A model generated the notes under the pieces. The model ran no database searches, was not told the origin of the DNA, and saw nothing but the letters and a program-made list of their open reading frames with translations. From IMG/VR virus record IMGVR_UViG_3300046718_001244: a stretch of DNA of 64,000 nt. The stretch is one strand, 5' to 3'. The position numbers and the translations under genes are program-made. The DNA is from an uncultured virus (IMG/VR IMGVR_UViG_3300046718_001244) (lineage: Duplodnaviria > Heunggongvirae > Uroviricota > Caudoviricetes). The first letter of the stretch is position 1, and every line of letters starts with the position of its first letter. Of the stretch, positions 9,681 to 19,679 are shown piece by piece.

Positions 9681-10424
9681 TCAGCCCCCGAGTAGCGCGC
9701 GGAACGGAAAGAACGGCGGAGGCAAAAGCTTGCGCTTCGGGGTCCCTGAAACCCCCGCGGTCCCGGAAGCCTGCGTGACGAGGACGGTCACCGAGCTTTG
9801 CCCCGAGCTCGCGTCCGCGAACATGATCTTCGTCATGCCCGGCGCGATCGCCACGAACTGCCCAGGCCCAGGACCGATCCCGACGATGCCATCGGGCACG
9901 GGATCTCCGGGTACGGGAAGCCCGGTGCGGGTGTCGATGATCTGGAAGCTCGTGCCGACCGGATAGGCCTTGCCGCCGCTCGGAAGGGTGAGTTGCACGG
10001 CCTTGGCCGCGTCGTAGGTCGGGGTCGAGGAGGTCGACGTCGTCGTGGTCGAAGGCGCGGTCGTCGTGGAGGTCGTCGTCGACTTCGGCGCGGAGCTCGA
10101 GTCGGTGCTGGGGATGATCGCCGTCGCCGTCGTCTTCTTCGGCCCGATCGCGAGCGACATCAGGTACGCCCCCGTCCACCCTGCGGCTCCGAGCGCCGCG
10201 GTGCCGATCAAGGCAGAGATCCACGGGTGCTCCCCGACGAAGTGGCCGACTGCGTTGTCGACGCCAGTTGGATTTTCTCGCGCGCACCTGCAGGTACGAC
10301 GCGGCTTGCGAGAGGCCTTGCGAGCCGCCTCGAGCCTCCGAACGTCTCGCATGCACGGAGGAGGCCTGAGACCCTCTTGCTTGAGTTGTCGTGCCGAAGC
10401 CTTGCACCGTGCGACGTCGACCAT
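9681..10424 (-). CDS. Membrane protein: basic N-terminus, ENP motif, TM, Thr stalk, Ig-like C-terminus
   Basis: RARENP...FVGEHPW TM; FVAIAPG shared with 8984-9676. Confidence 0.7.
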   Translation of the reverse strand: MVDVARCKASARQLKQEGLRPPPCMRDVRRLEAARKASRKPRRTCRCARENPTGVDNAVGHFVGEHPWISALIGTAALGAAGWTGAYLMSLAIGPKKTTATAIIPSTDSSSAPKSTTTSTTTAPSTTTTSTSSTPTYDAAKAVQLTLPSGGKAYPVGTSFQIIDTRTGLPVPGDPVPDGIVGIGPGPGQFVAIAPGMTKIMFADASSGQSSVTVLVTQASGTAGVSGTPKRKLLPPPFFPFRALLGG

Positions 10425-10438
10425 TGGGGGATCCTACC

Positions 10439-11014
10439 CTACAGCGCCCACCGCCGGAAGAGGTCCGGCTTGTCGAGCAAGACCCACGTGGCGTAGGCCC
10501 CTACGCCGAGGATCCCGAGAGCCGCGAGGACGACGGGCATGGCGGAGGCAGGCGCCGAGCTCGCGCTGCTCGAGGACGTCGCGACCGAGTACCCGTTCGC
10601 GGCGAGCCAGTTCCCGACCTTCGACCCCGCGAGCGGCGTGCTCACCGTACTGCCGTACCCCGAGTACCCGAAGTCCGGCCCCCACGGCTGCCAGTTACTT
10701 CCATTCTGGCTCATGGCGATGACCGCTCGCGCCTGGGCATCGGGATCGGCCGCGAGCGCATCGGACGACCCAAACCTCGCCGTCTGCGTCGCCTCGAGCC
10801 CCGCGTAGTAATTGATCTGCCAGAGCCCGACCGAGTAGTCGCCGGTCTCCGGGGTGTCGTTCACCAGACCCGCGTTGCCGGCGGGGTTCTCGGCGCCGAA
10901 GACGACGGCCGCCGCGAGGAGAGCCTTCGAAGGATCTCCGCCGTTATTGACCCAGAGCGCCTGCACGTCCGAGGGGGACAGGTGCGTGACGGGACCTACC
11001 TGGACGTCGCCCAC
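10439..11014 (-). CDS. Lysozyme-like lytic transglycosylase with C-terminal TM anchor
   Basis: AAVVFGAE...DYSVGLWQIN...NWQPW; Ser linker then hydrophobic tail. Confidence 0.8.
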   Translation of the reverse strand: MGDVQVGPVTHLSPSDVQALWVNNGGDPSKALLAAAVVFGAENPAGNAGLVNDTPETGDYSVGLWQINYYAGLEATQTARFGSSDALAADPDAQARAVIAMSQNGSNWQPWGPDFGYSGYGSTVSTPLAGSKVGNWLAANGYSVATSSSSASSAPASAMPVVLAALGILGVGAYATWVLLDKPDLFRRWAL

Positions 11015-11062
11015 GCCTTGACTCTACCGCGTCTTGGCGTCGATGGGCTATCCTCCCACTTC

Positions 11063-11497
11063 ATGGCCGACACGACGACCCAGGTGACCACGATCGTCAT
11101 GGGCGTCGGCGGAGGCGTCGCCGGCTACTTCCTCGGGGGCCGAAGCGTCCTCTGGACGGGCATCGGCGCCCTCGCCGCCGCGGTCATCGGCCCTCCCGTT
11201 CTCGGGATCGTCGCCCAGGCGATGGCCGACGGAAGTGCCCCTCCTCCCCCGAAGCCCGTCGCGCTCATCCCTGGCGAGACGATCATCGAGCGCGCGAAGG
11301 TGGGAGACTGGTTTCTCGTCGAGGCCCCTCCTGGCTGGGGCACCCCCGCCGCTGGCTCGAACATCCCCGGCTTTCTCGAGGTCCTCTCGAGCGATCCCTC
11401 TGCGGAGACCACGACGGTGAAGGTGGTGGCGGGGGGTCAAGGCCAGATCCAGATGACCTCCGAAGGCAAGACCGCGGTGCTCTCGGTCACGGCCTGA
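11063..11497 (+). CDS. Membrane protein with Ig-like C-terminal domain
   Basis: Two N-terminal TMs, PPPPKP linker, beta-rich tail. Confidence 0.65.
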   Translation: MADTTTQVTTIVMGVGGGVAGYFLGGRSVLWTGIGALAAAVIGPPVLGIVAQAMADGSAPPPPKPVALIPGETIIERAKVGDWFLVEAPPGWGTPAAGSNIPGFLEVLSSDPSAETTTVKVVAGGQGQIQMTSEGKTAVLSVTA

Positions 11498-11562
11498 GCC
11501 CCCCTCTCGGCTCCTCGGCAGAATTTGCCCCACCGCGCGCCTCTTGCGCTACCATGACCGTC

Positions 11563-11907
11563 ATGAGCAAGGCCCTCGCCCGCCGCCCCAAGCACTCCCG
11601 AGCTGCTACGCGCTACCGCGGAGCGCGCGACAACCCCATGAGCCCCTTGATGACCGGGATCGTCTGGGTGCTCCTCGGCGGGATCGCCGGAGCGATCTAC
11701 GGAGGCCTGCAGACCGGGACGGGCGGGATCTTCGGCGGCGTGGAGCAAGGCGCCGCGCTCGTCGGGATCGGAGGGCTCATCACGGGTCTGCTCTCCCCCG
11801 AGATGCGCGACGGAGCCTTCGCGGTCGGCGGAGTGGGTCTCCTGACGGAACTCGTCCTCGGCATCGGCCAGGGCGTCTACACGTACTTCCAGCCGAAGGC
11901 GGCCTGA
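11563..11907 (+). CDS. Membrane protein with basic N-terminus and DNP motif
   Basis: RYRGARDNP followed by 3 TM segments. Confidence 0.65.
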   Translation: MSKALARRPKHSRAATRYRGARDNPMSPLMTGIVWVLLGGIAGAIYGGLQTGTGGIFGGVEQGAALVGIGGLITGLLSPEMRDGAFAVGGVGLLTELVLGIGQGVYTYFQPKAA

Positions 11908-11924
11908 GAAAAAAGGCCTGCCCG

Positions 11925-12590
11925 GTGCGTGACGCCAGGGTCGTCCCCGTCCCCTCCGGGACGATCCTGCTCGACACCGCCCAGGTCGTCTCCGAGGCCG
12001 CGCTCGATCAGGCATGGGCGCAAGGGATCCGCGGCATCATCCGCTACGTCGGCTTCGGCCTACGGCCCTGGGTAGGCGATCTCACGCTCGGAGAGAGAGA
12101 CCGGATCCTCGCCCGCGGCATGGGCCTGATGGTCGTGCAGCACGTGAGGGACGACCCGTGGATGCCGACCGAGGCGTGGGGCATTTCGGATGGCGATGCG
12201 GCCGTGCGCCACGCGCTCGCCGCGGGGTACCTCCCCGGAGCCACGCTCTGGAGCGACCTCGAAGGCATCGAGCGAGACGCCGTGGACGCCACCGTCGCCT
12301 ACGCAAACGCCAAGCACGCCTCGGTATCCTCCGCCGGCTTCGAGCCGGGCGAGTACATCGGGAGCGGATGTCCTCTCTCGGCAGAGGAGTTGTATCACGC
12401 CTTGCTGAGCGGGATTTACTGGCGAAGCGGGTCGAACGTACCGACGCCCGTGATCCGTGGCTACGCCATGGTGCAATCGATACCGGGGCCCCGCTATGGC
12501 GGCATCGATTTCGATCGCAACGAGCACACGGGAGACCGCCTCGGTGGCGTCGCTCACTGGATTTTGGCTGCCGATACGGACACTGCGTAA
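11925..12590 (+). CDS. DUF1906/Rv2525c-like glycoside hydrolase, putative endolysin
   Basis: LLDT...GIIRY...LTLGERDRILARGMGLMVVQ...GISDG...LWSDLEG...QS...GIDFD. Confidence 0.8.
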   Translation: MRDARVVPVPSGTILLDTAQVVSEAALDQAWAQGIRGIIRYVGFGLRPWVGDLTLGERDRILARGMGLMVVQHVRDDPWMPTEAWGISDGDAAVRHALAAGYLPGATLWSDLEGIERDAVDATVAYANAKHASVSSAGFEPGEYIGSGCPLSAEELYHALLSGIYWRSGSNVPTPVIRGYAMVQSIPGPRYGGIDFDRNEHTGDRLGGVAHWILAADTDTA

Positions 12591-12759
12591 GGCCGCTCTC
12601 TCGCCCAGATGGGCCCTTGGATTGGAGGGGCTAGCATGGCCATACGCGACCCAGCGACGCGATGCCCCGCCGGACCCCGCCACGCCTTGCCGCACCGGTC
12701 CGTGACGCGCCTTGCCGTCGGAGCGGACGCATCGACTCTTGTGACGTAAGATCGAGCGG

Positions 12760-13005
12760 ATGGACGTCGTTGTCGAGACCCTCGCCAGGTTCGGGCTTCC
12801 TGGAGCGATCTGCGGCGTTCTCGTCTGGCTCTACTGGCAGAAGGATCAGGAATTGAAGCGCGAGCGGGACGCACGCATCGCCGATGCCAAAGCCTTCAAT
12901 GAATTGGCACTCAGTCTGCAAGCGAAGGCCCTGGACACGGTCTCGAAGCTGAAAGAACTCTTCGACGAGCTGCGCCGTTCGGGAAGCATGAGGAGGACAC
13001 CATGA
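12760..13005 (+). CDS. Holin-like protein
   Basis: Single N-terminal TM then coiled coil, between two cell-wall hydrolase genes. Confidence 0.6.
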   Translation: MDVVVETLARFGLPGAICGVLVWLYWQKDQELKRERDARIADAKAFNELALSLQAKALDTVSKLKELFDELRRSGSMRRTP

Positions 13006-13184
13006 ACCATAGCCCCACGAAGGGCCGTCGGCCGACGCCGAGCGGACAGCACCCGTCGGTCGTCGGCTTCCGAAAGAAACTCGAGTCGATTCAAACCGGC
13101 GCCGGCGCAGAACTCGAGGACCTCGACAGCGCGATCAAAAAGTACCTCGAAGAGGTGCGTACGCCGATCCCTCCGAAGCCGTAA
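13002..13184 (+). CDS. Small hypothetical protein in lysis cluster
   Basis: ATGA-coupled to holin-like gene. Confidence 0.5.
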   Translation: MNHSPTKGRRPTPSGQHPSVVGFRKKLESIQTGAGAELEDLDSAIKKYLEEVRTPIPPKP

Positions 13185-13338
13185 CGTGCGCCGAGTGGCG
13201 CCATTGGATTGGATTGCGCTGCCTCGCGAGAGCTTGCCCGGCCCGACGTAACCTCGGCCGGCCACGACGCGCCGGGGCTGGCCTTGGCCATCACCGTCAA
13301 GGTTGCTTTTGACGTCCACGGTCAATTACCGTCGGTCG

Positions 13339-13965
13339 ATGCGAATTCTCCTGCTTCTCGCCCTCGGCCTCGTCCTCTCCACGTCGGAAGTGCACACCTC
13401 ACGCGCCGCCGGCGCCGCGGCGCCCGTCGCCACGTCGCTTGCTGGGAGTGGACCTGCCGTACCTGACGGTCCGGCAGATGAGCCCCCCGCCTCGCTCCCC
13501 TTCTCCCCCACGGTCGACGACGTCCTCGCCTGGATGGCGCAGATCCCGGAGAGCGAGTTCCGGACGAAGCCGTACCCGAGGTGGGCGAAGACCGGAGCCG
13601 CCAATCGGATCGCCAAGGCGATCGCCGACCACGCCGAGAGCCGCGAGGACGCCGTCGACCTCGCGATCTACGCGTGCTTCGAGAGCGGGCTCCTCCTCTC
13701 CGCCGCGGGCGACGGAGGAAAGAGCCACGGCCCGTGGCAGATCTCCGAGGACCACGCGACGCCGTCGGTCGCGAGCGATCCCGATCAGGCGGCCGTCCTC
13801 TGGCTCGGCATGGCGAAGAAGTCGCGCATCGACTGCGCGAAGCTCCCCGAGGACGAGCAGCTTGCCGAGCTCGGGAGCGGGAGTTGCGATCGGGGCAGGA
13901 GCCTCGCGCGACGGCGGGCGAGGTTGCGGGACCGGATCTTGGCCGACGTCGTCGCTGAGCCCTAG
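13339..13965 (+). CDS. Secreted lytic transglycosylase-like protein
   Basis: Signal peptide MRILLLLALGLVL; ACFESG...GDGGKSHGPWQI. Confidence 0.7.
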   Translation: MRILLLLALGLVLSTSEVHTSRAAGAAAPVATSLAGSGPAVPDGPADEPPASLPFSPTVDDVLAWMAQIPESEFRTKPYPRWAKTGAANRIAKAIADHAESREDAVDLAIYACFESGLLLSAAGDGGKSHGPWQISEDHATPSVASDPDQAAVLWLGMAKKSRIDCAKLPEDEQLAELGSGSCDRGRSLARRRARLRDRILADVVAEP

Positions 13966-15530
13966 TGCGAAGCGCGCATGCGGGCTCACCAAAAGAACCC
14001 ACGCCGCACGCTGACTCCCTGCATTGCCTCACGAGCGGCGCGAGCCGCCGCCATCCCCTCACGAATTGCCCTCTTGATGGCGCTGCGCGACACCGGCTTC
14101 ACCTCGGCCAGGTGCGGAGCGCATCGCGTCTCCAGTAGGAGCTTCCGCGGATCGGTCTCCCCCCGACAGACGGGGCAATACGACTCAGGCATCTCGACCT
14201 CCCTTGGGCGCATGTCAGCCGCCCTTTTCGATTCGTTCGGCCACATCTAGCAGCACCTCCGCCGCCATCTGCTTCTGTAGTGCGGCGGGCGGGTAATCGG
14301 TGCGGTCGGCGTTCACCTGCTCCGACGTTGCGCGGGCTCTGATGTATCCAACTACGGCGTCCACTGCACTGCGTACGATACGTTCAACGCCAGGGTGGAA
14401 CGCACAATCGGTCCCGTCTCGGTCGCGCAGCACATGACGCACGACCTTGGCGCACGCTGCGCAGTCTCCAGGTCCCTTCGGCTTCTCCACGTTCGTCTCC
14501 TTCTACTCGGGCCGCCTCGGGCGCACGGGCGGGACTGTGGATCCCGATCCGCCGCGTCTCATTCTGCCGCCCGGTCGGCGCTGTGTGCGACCCTCTGCGC
14601 TCGTCGGCGAGCCAGACACGGCTCGCACCGCGAGCGAGTGGCCGGATTCTTCCCACAGAACTTACATAGACCTGCGATGGCGAGCCTGGCATGCCTCGCA
14701 TCCACGATCCCTCTGTTGTAGGCAGCGCACTGCGCGCACCGAGACTTGCCAGGCTCCGCAGGACGATTGCACATCTTGATGCAGAGGCCGTCGGAGCGGT
14801 GCTCCTGCCTCATGATGGCCTGGTACCTTCGGGTGCCAAGTTGGCGCACATTCCGTCCAACTAGGTACCCATGCCTGAATCGACCTGTGGATCTACGAAA
14901 GAAGATGAAGCGGCCATCTGTGCGCTCGAAAGGATTGGCGAGTGTTGCCTTAGTGGAAGCGGCACACTGCGCCTCTACGAACAGTTCGGCGATTTCGATT
15001 TGCCGATCCGATGGGTCCCACCAGTCCGCTGTCGGGTCAGCCCGCGTCTCACCTTCGGCCATGGCGCCACCAGTTCTGGACGTCTCTCCAGGGGGTCCGT
15101 CGGTCGCGCAGAGAAAGCACATCTGCTCTCCGAACGGGGGGAGCGGGCCGAGTTGTCCGCACCCTCGACAGTATCCGAACGGCATGCGTCTCATTTTGAC
15201 CTGCTGGAACATGTGGGGCGCATCGCGTAACCTCGGTCGTACTCGTGGGCCCGCTCGGCATGGTCGACCACCCACTTCGCGGCGAGCCGGGCGCTCTCGA
15301 GGTGCTCCTCCATCTCGGCCCGCTCGGCGGCGGTCATGCGCGACCGTTCGCGATGGCGCGGCGGGTGATGTACCGCGCCTGCTCTACCTCGGTGATCGCA
15401 TCACGGTAGCTCGGAGCGAAGCCTTGGAAGGAGCCTTGCCCCGGCAATGGCGACGGGATCGAGAGAGGACGTCCACGGTGGTGCACGCCGGCCTCGTGCT
15501 TGGTCCGCTGGAGCGACAGCACCGGACGCC

Positions 15531-15647
15531 TCACCGCACCCTCCCCGCGAAGTGAATCCCCGCCCAGAACGCCCCGACGACGAGGAGCGCCGCCCCCGCG
15601 GAGAGCCCGACGAGCCCCTCTCTGTCTCCAACCTTGATCATGGTCAT
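15531..15647 (-). CDS. 38-aa TM peptide built on the duplicated segment
   Basis: MTMIKVGDREGLVGLSAGAALLVVGAFWAGIHFAGRVR; overlap-coupled to both neighbours. Confidence 0.5.
   Translation of the reverse strand: MTMIKVGDREGLVGLSAGAALLVVGAFWAGIHFAGRVR
15544..15618. repeat. 75-bp direct repeat copy 1
   Basis: Matches 16176-16250 with one mismatch. Confidence 0.9.
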
Positions 15648-16150
15648 CGCCGGCCCCCTTTCGGCGCGATGCAGGCCTCGACGACCTCATGCCCTGCCTT
15701 GGTGGCCACGTGCGGCATGTAGAAGGCATGCCCGCGATGGCACTCGGGGCACTGGAGCGCGACGAACGCGTCGGGCTGGATGTGATCCTCGAGCTCGCCG
15801 TCGACGCGTCCCGCCGTCGCGCCAGATAGGCGCACCGGAACGACCGCGACGGGGAGCGCCCAGCCGCACGAGCACTTCGGATCGAAGCCGACCGTGCGGG
15901 TGCTCACGTGGCCGACCACGGGCGGGTCTTGCTCATGAGCGCCTCGCAATGGTCTTGAACGCCCCGACCTTCTCCAGATGCGAGACGATGATCGTCAACA
16001 TCCGTGAAGCGTAGAAGTCCGCCGGAGACAGGTCATCACCGGGGTTATGCGCGTTGATGCCTTTGGTCTGTCCGTCCAGGTAGACGTTGAAGCCTGCGCC
16101 ACCCGTCTCCTCGAACACGATCGAGACCCGTCGACCGATCACACCCTCTT

Positions 16151-16645
16151 TCATCGTCGCGTCCTTTCCGGTTTTCCCGCGAAGTGAATCCCCGCCCAGA
16201 AGGCCCCGACGACGAGGAGCGCCGCCCCCGCGGAGAGCCCGACGAGCCCCCAGTCGGTCCCGGGGTCGTTCGTGTAGGCGGCGACGGTCGGGTCGGGCGT
16301 CGTCAGAGAATCGCCGACCCCCTTCGCGAGATCCTTCCCCGGAGGCCCCGCGAGCGACGGCGTCAAGAGCGGCTTGTAGAGGGTGATCCCCGGGATGCAG
16401 ATCCCCGAGAGGAGCTTGCCGTTCTTGTAGGTCCACGTGTGGTGGTCCTTTCGCGCGACGACGAAGCCGGAGAAGCCGCCCTCTTCCTCGGCGGCGTAGT
16501 CGATCCCCGTCGTCTCGCCGTAGTTCACCTTGGCCATCCAGTGGTCTCTCTGATCGATCGCCCACTGCGAGAGCGGACGAGGGACCGGACCGCGCCAGAT
16601 CGCGTAGCCGTCGGGGGGAGGGGGATTGGGAGGGCAGGTGCTCAT
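16151..16645 (-). CDS. C-terminally anchored membrane protein
   Basis: KGVGD linker, C-terminal TM, TAGACT-N6-ATG start. Confidence 0.7.
   Translation of the reverse strand: MSTCPPNPPPPDGYAIWRGPVPRPLSQWAIDQRDHWMAKVNYGETTGIDYAAEEEGGFSGFVVARKDHHTWTYKNGKLLSGICIPGITLYKPLLTPSLAGPPGKDLAKGVGDSLTTPDPTVAAYTNDPGTDWGLVGLSAGAALLVVGAFWAGIHFAGKPERTRR
16176..16250. repeat. 75-bp direct repeat copy 2
   Basis: Encodes the TM of 16151-16645. Confidence 0.9.
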
Positions 16646-17394
16646 GGGGGAAGTCTACGACGGGTCGTCAATCCTTGCAGAAGGACGTCTCGATCGTGAG
16701 CGCGTCGAGTTCGGCGTCGGTCATCCCGATCTCCTTCTGCTTGGCCAGGATCGCCTCGGTCATCGCCTCTTGTGCTCCGCACATGCCATACGCCGATCCG
16801 CTCAGGTTGAACCGAGGATCCGTTGGGCACGTCGTGCTCCAGCGCCCACCACCACCACCGAAAAGACTCATGCGGCTTACCAAGGCTAGGGTTCGCAGTT
16901 GCAGCGTACGGGCACGATGCGGTGCCCTCTGGGGCCATTGAGGAGAACCCAGAGAGCGCAGCGGCACCGGGGACACTTCTCGGCAATTCGCGGATCTACT
17001 GGGGCGGCGGTCGGTTCGACTGGCGGCGCGTTCTTGAAGCCAGGCAGAAACTGCACGCCCACGGTGGGCACCACCGCCGGCCGCCACGTGAGCCCGCAGT
17101 GCTGGCAGGAGTGCGTGTGGTGTAGTTTGGTCGCGAATTCCCCCTCGTCGATGTGCAGCTTGCCGCAGCCCTCGCAGACGAGGCGCATGGGGATCGCCTC
17201 GGGAGGGAGGATGGCAAGGTGGGCCTCCTTTCGACCCGCGTCCCGCGCGACGCGCGCTGCCTCAGTGAACGCCTGCGCCTGAAAGAGCGTGAGCGCAGGG
17301 GTATCGGTCAGGTGGTAGACGTAGTCTCCGTGGCCATCGGGCAGAGCGCACGCGCCCTTCTCGTCCCTGAACGGGCATCGTCGGGTCGGATCCA

Positions 17395-17823
17395 TCACTG
17401 TGTGACTCCTTTGCAAATGAGGCTCTGCCACACGGGCTTTCCCGAGAGGTGCGATCGCACCGAGGGCCGCAGAAGCGAGGTCTTGCGGATCCACCCCTTC
17501 CGGATCCCGTCCCGGAAGATCGGACCGAGAGCGCGATCGTCCCGGGTCTTTGGGAGGGCGCCCACCGTCCACACGTCGTCCGAGATGAAGTCGACCCGCG
17601 CCTCGGCGGTCCGCCGGAGGGCATCGAGCGCGAGGACCTGCCACTCGGGGGCGGCGTTCGCCTCGACGGCGGCCATGGCTCTGTCCCTCGCCTTGCCGGC
17701 CCGGAAGGCTTCCGGGTGAAGCGGGACGGGCGGAGGGGGCGGCGGAGGCGCGCGCAGCGCCTGGGCGTCGACCGGGCGGCCGAAGAGGAGCGTCTGCTCG
17801 GGGGCGGCGCGCCGGCGCCTCAC
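17395..17823 (-). CDS. Hypothetical phage protein
   Basis: ARDRAMAAVEANAAPEW...FISDDVW...RALGPIF...SH...VWQS pattern. Confidence 0.6.
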   Translation of the reverse strand: MRRRRAAPEQTLLFGRPVDAQALRAPPPPPPPVPLHPEAFRAGKARDRAMAAVEANAAPEWQVLALDALRRTAEARVDFISDDVWTVGALPKTRDDRALGPIFRDGIRKGWIRKTSLLRPSVRSHLSGKPVWQSLICKGVTQ

Positions 17824-18593
17824 GGCTGCACCCGCCGAAAGGAGACGACCCAGACCCACGGATTGCTCGTCCACGGCGCACGGTCGGAATTGATCTCGTC
17901 CCAGAGCAAAGCGAAGCCGCGCCGGTAGCGGTGCGTCGTCTCCATCTCCGCAGGCGCCGCCCCCTCCGCCTTCGCGTCCTCCTCCGAGAGCTCGTGCAGG
18001 CGCTCGACGCGCACCTCGGCGACCTCGAGCGTGATGCGCGAGAACAACCTCGGCATGTAGATGGATGGCTTGCAACGCTGCGTGAGCCCCACGTCGTCGT
18101 CGTGCCACTCCTGGATCCCGTCGGTCGCGACGTAGCCGATCTTCCAGCCATCGAGCGACTTGTACCCGTGGGGCGGACGCTCCGTAGACGCCCAGATCGG
18201 TTGCCACGTCTCCTTGACCCAGAGCCGGAGTCCAGGCCAGAAGGGCAGCGGTCCCCAGGAGACCGGGTGACGACCGTCGTAGGGCCCGGGCCATCCGTCT
18301 ACGGGGCCTCGCCAGTCGACGTGTCCGGTCGGCGGGTAGACGCCTTTGGGGGAAGGTTCGCAAGCGGGCCCGCAGAGGCGCTCGACCTGCCACGCGGCGC
18401 GATCGCCAAGGATCGCTTCGGAGCCGTTCCGGAGCTTGGACCCCGGGTACCAGAACTGCAGCAGGCACCCCTCGGGTACCTCGGGTGTGCGTACCGCGCG
18501 GCGAAGATCCACGAGGCGACGCGTCTGCGTCTTACGACCTTCGAGGATCGCTCGGACCATCGGGGCGGAGAAGAGGATCGGGCGCTCCTTCAC
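17820..18593 (-). CDS. ASCH/PUA-like phage protein
   Basis: KERPILFSAPMVRAILEGRKTQTRR, LWVKETW, PSIYMPR..SRITLEV, W..NPWVWVVSF. Confidence 0.8.
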   Translation of the reverse strand: MKERPILFSAPMVRAILEGRKTQTRRLVDLRRAVRTPEVPEGCLLQFWYPGSKLRNGSEAILGDRAAWQVERLCGPACEPSPKGVYPPTGHVDWRGPVDGWPGPYDGRHPVSWGPLPFWPGLRLWVKETWQPIWASTERPPHGYKSLDGWKIGYVATDGIQEWHDDDVGLTQRCKPSIYMPRLFSRITLEVAEVRVERLHELSEEDAKAEGAAPAEMETTHRYRRGFALLWDEINSDRAPWTSNPWVWVVSFRRVQP

Positions 18594-19040
18594 GAGCGCC
18601 GCCTCTTCGGAAAGTCGGCCCGCGTAGCGACGAGCGTGTCCGCCCACGCCAGCGCCTGGGCCGCCCTGACGTAGTCGCCGTGCTTGAGGTACCACTTGAC
18701 GGCACGCACGTGCTCGCGCTCCTGGCGCTTCGCGCGAGCGATGAGCGACCGGATGGCGCGGGTCATCGGGGCCCCCCTGCGCTCCGGAGCGCCGCGTTGG
18801 CGTGGCGAAGCGTGGCGGCGTAGCGGGGATCGGCCCAGGTCTCGACGATGACCGCGTCATCCCAGGGCTCTCTATCGACGCGGACGAGCGACGCGCTCTT
18901 CTCCTCGATGGCGCCGCGCGCCTCCTCGAGCGAGCCCACGACGGCCAGGGGCACGAGGTGCGGGGTGAGCCCGCGGTGCTCTCGGACGACGTACTTTGCG
19001 CCGTAATCCGTGGTGCCGTGGGTGATGACGAAGAATGCGC

Positions 19041-19679
19041 TCACGGGCACACCTCGACCGTCCCATTGCAATCGGAGTTGGTGCAGGAAGATCCCACCCC
19101 CGAGGTCCCCGTGTACGGCTCGACGACGTAGGCGGTCGGGCAAGCGCCGTTCGTGAAGACCTGGGTGTGACCGATGCAGCAGAGGGAGGGGGGAGCGTCG
19201 GGCGCGACGTCGGGCGCGGCATCGGGCGGCGAGGCCTGGCTGTCCGGAGCCGCATCGATCCTCGGCCCCGCGTCCGGCGTAGCGGCCTCGCCTGAATCCT
19301 CATGCGGAGGCCCATCCGCTCGGGCATCCGGCGCCGGCGGCGAGCCTGCGTCGAGGTTCGTGGTAGGATCCGAATCGCCTCCGCCGTCCCATCGCGATCC
19401 CCCCCCATCGTCGGGATGCGCGGAGGTCCTTTGATCCGCGGAGAGGCCTGCGTCGTCGCCGGAGGCGATCGCTGCGGCCTCGAGCGTCGTGAAGGGTGAA
19501 CCGCCGCAGGCGAGCGCCAGGGTGACGATGGCGAGCGCGACGATCTTCCCCGCGAACCTCCGGAACGCCGGCAGGTGCGCATCGCAGAAGGGGATCGAGG
19601 CTTTGACCACGGTGATCTCGTAGCGGTGCGTGGCCGGGACGATCTTCTTCTCGGCGAGAAAGCAGGGGAGGCAGTTCAT
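19041..19679 (-). CDS. Lipoprotein-like protein with Asp-Ala-Gly/Pro low-complexity stalk
   Basis: IVALAIVTLALAC hydrophobic+Cys; DAG/PDA repeats; Cys-rich tail. Confidence 0.6.
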   Translation of the reverse strand: MNCLPCFLAEKKIVPATHRYEITVVKASIPFCDAHLPAFRRFAGKIVALAIVTLALACGGSPFTTLEAAAIASGDDAGLSADQRTSAHPDDGGGSRWDGGGDSDPTTNLDAGSPPAPDARADGPPHEDSGEAATPDAGPRIDAAPDSQASPPDAAPDVAPDAPPSLCCIGHTQVFTNGACPTAYVVEPYTGTSGVGSSCTNSDCNGTVEVCP

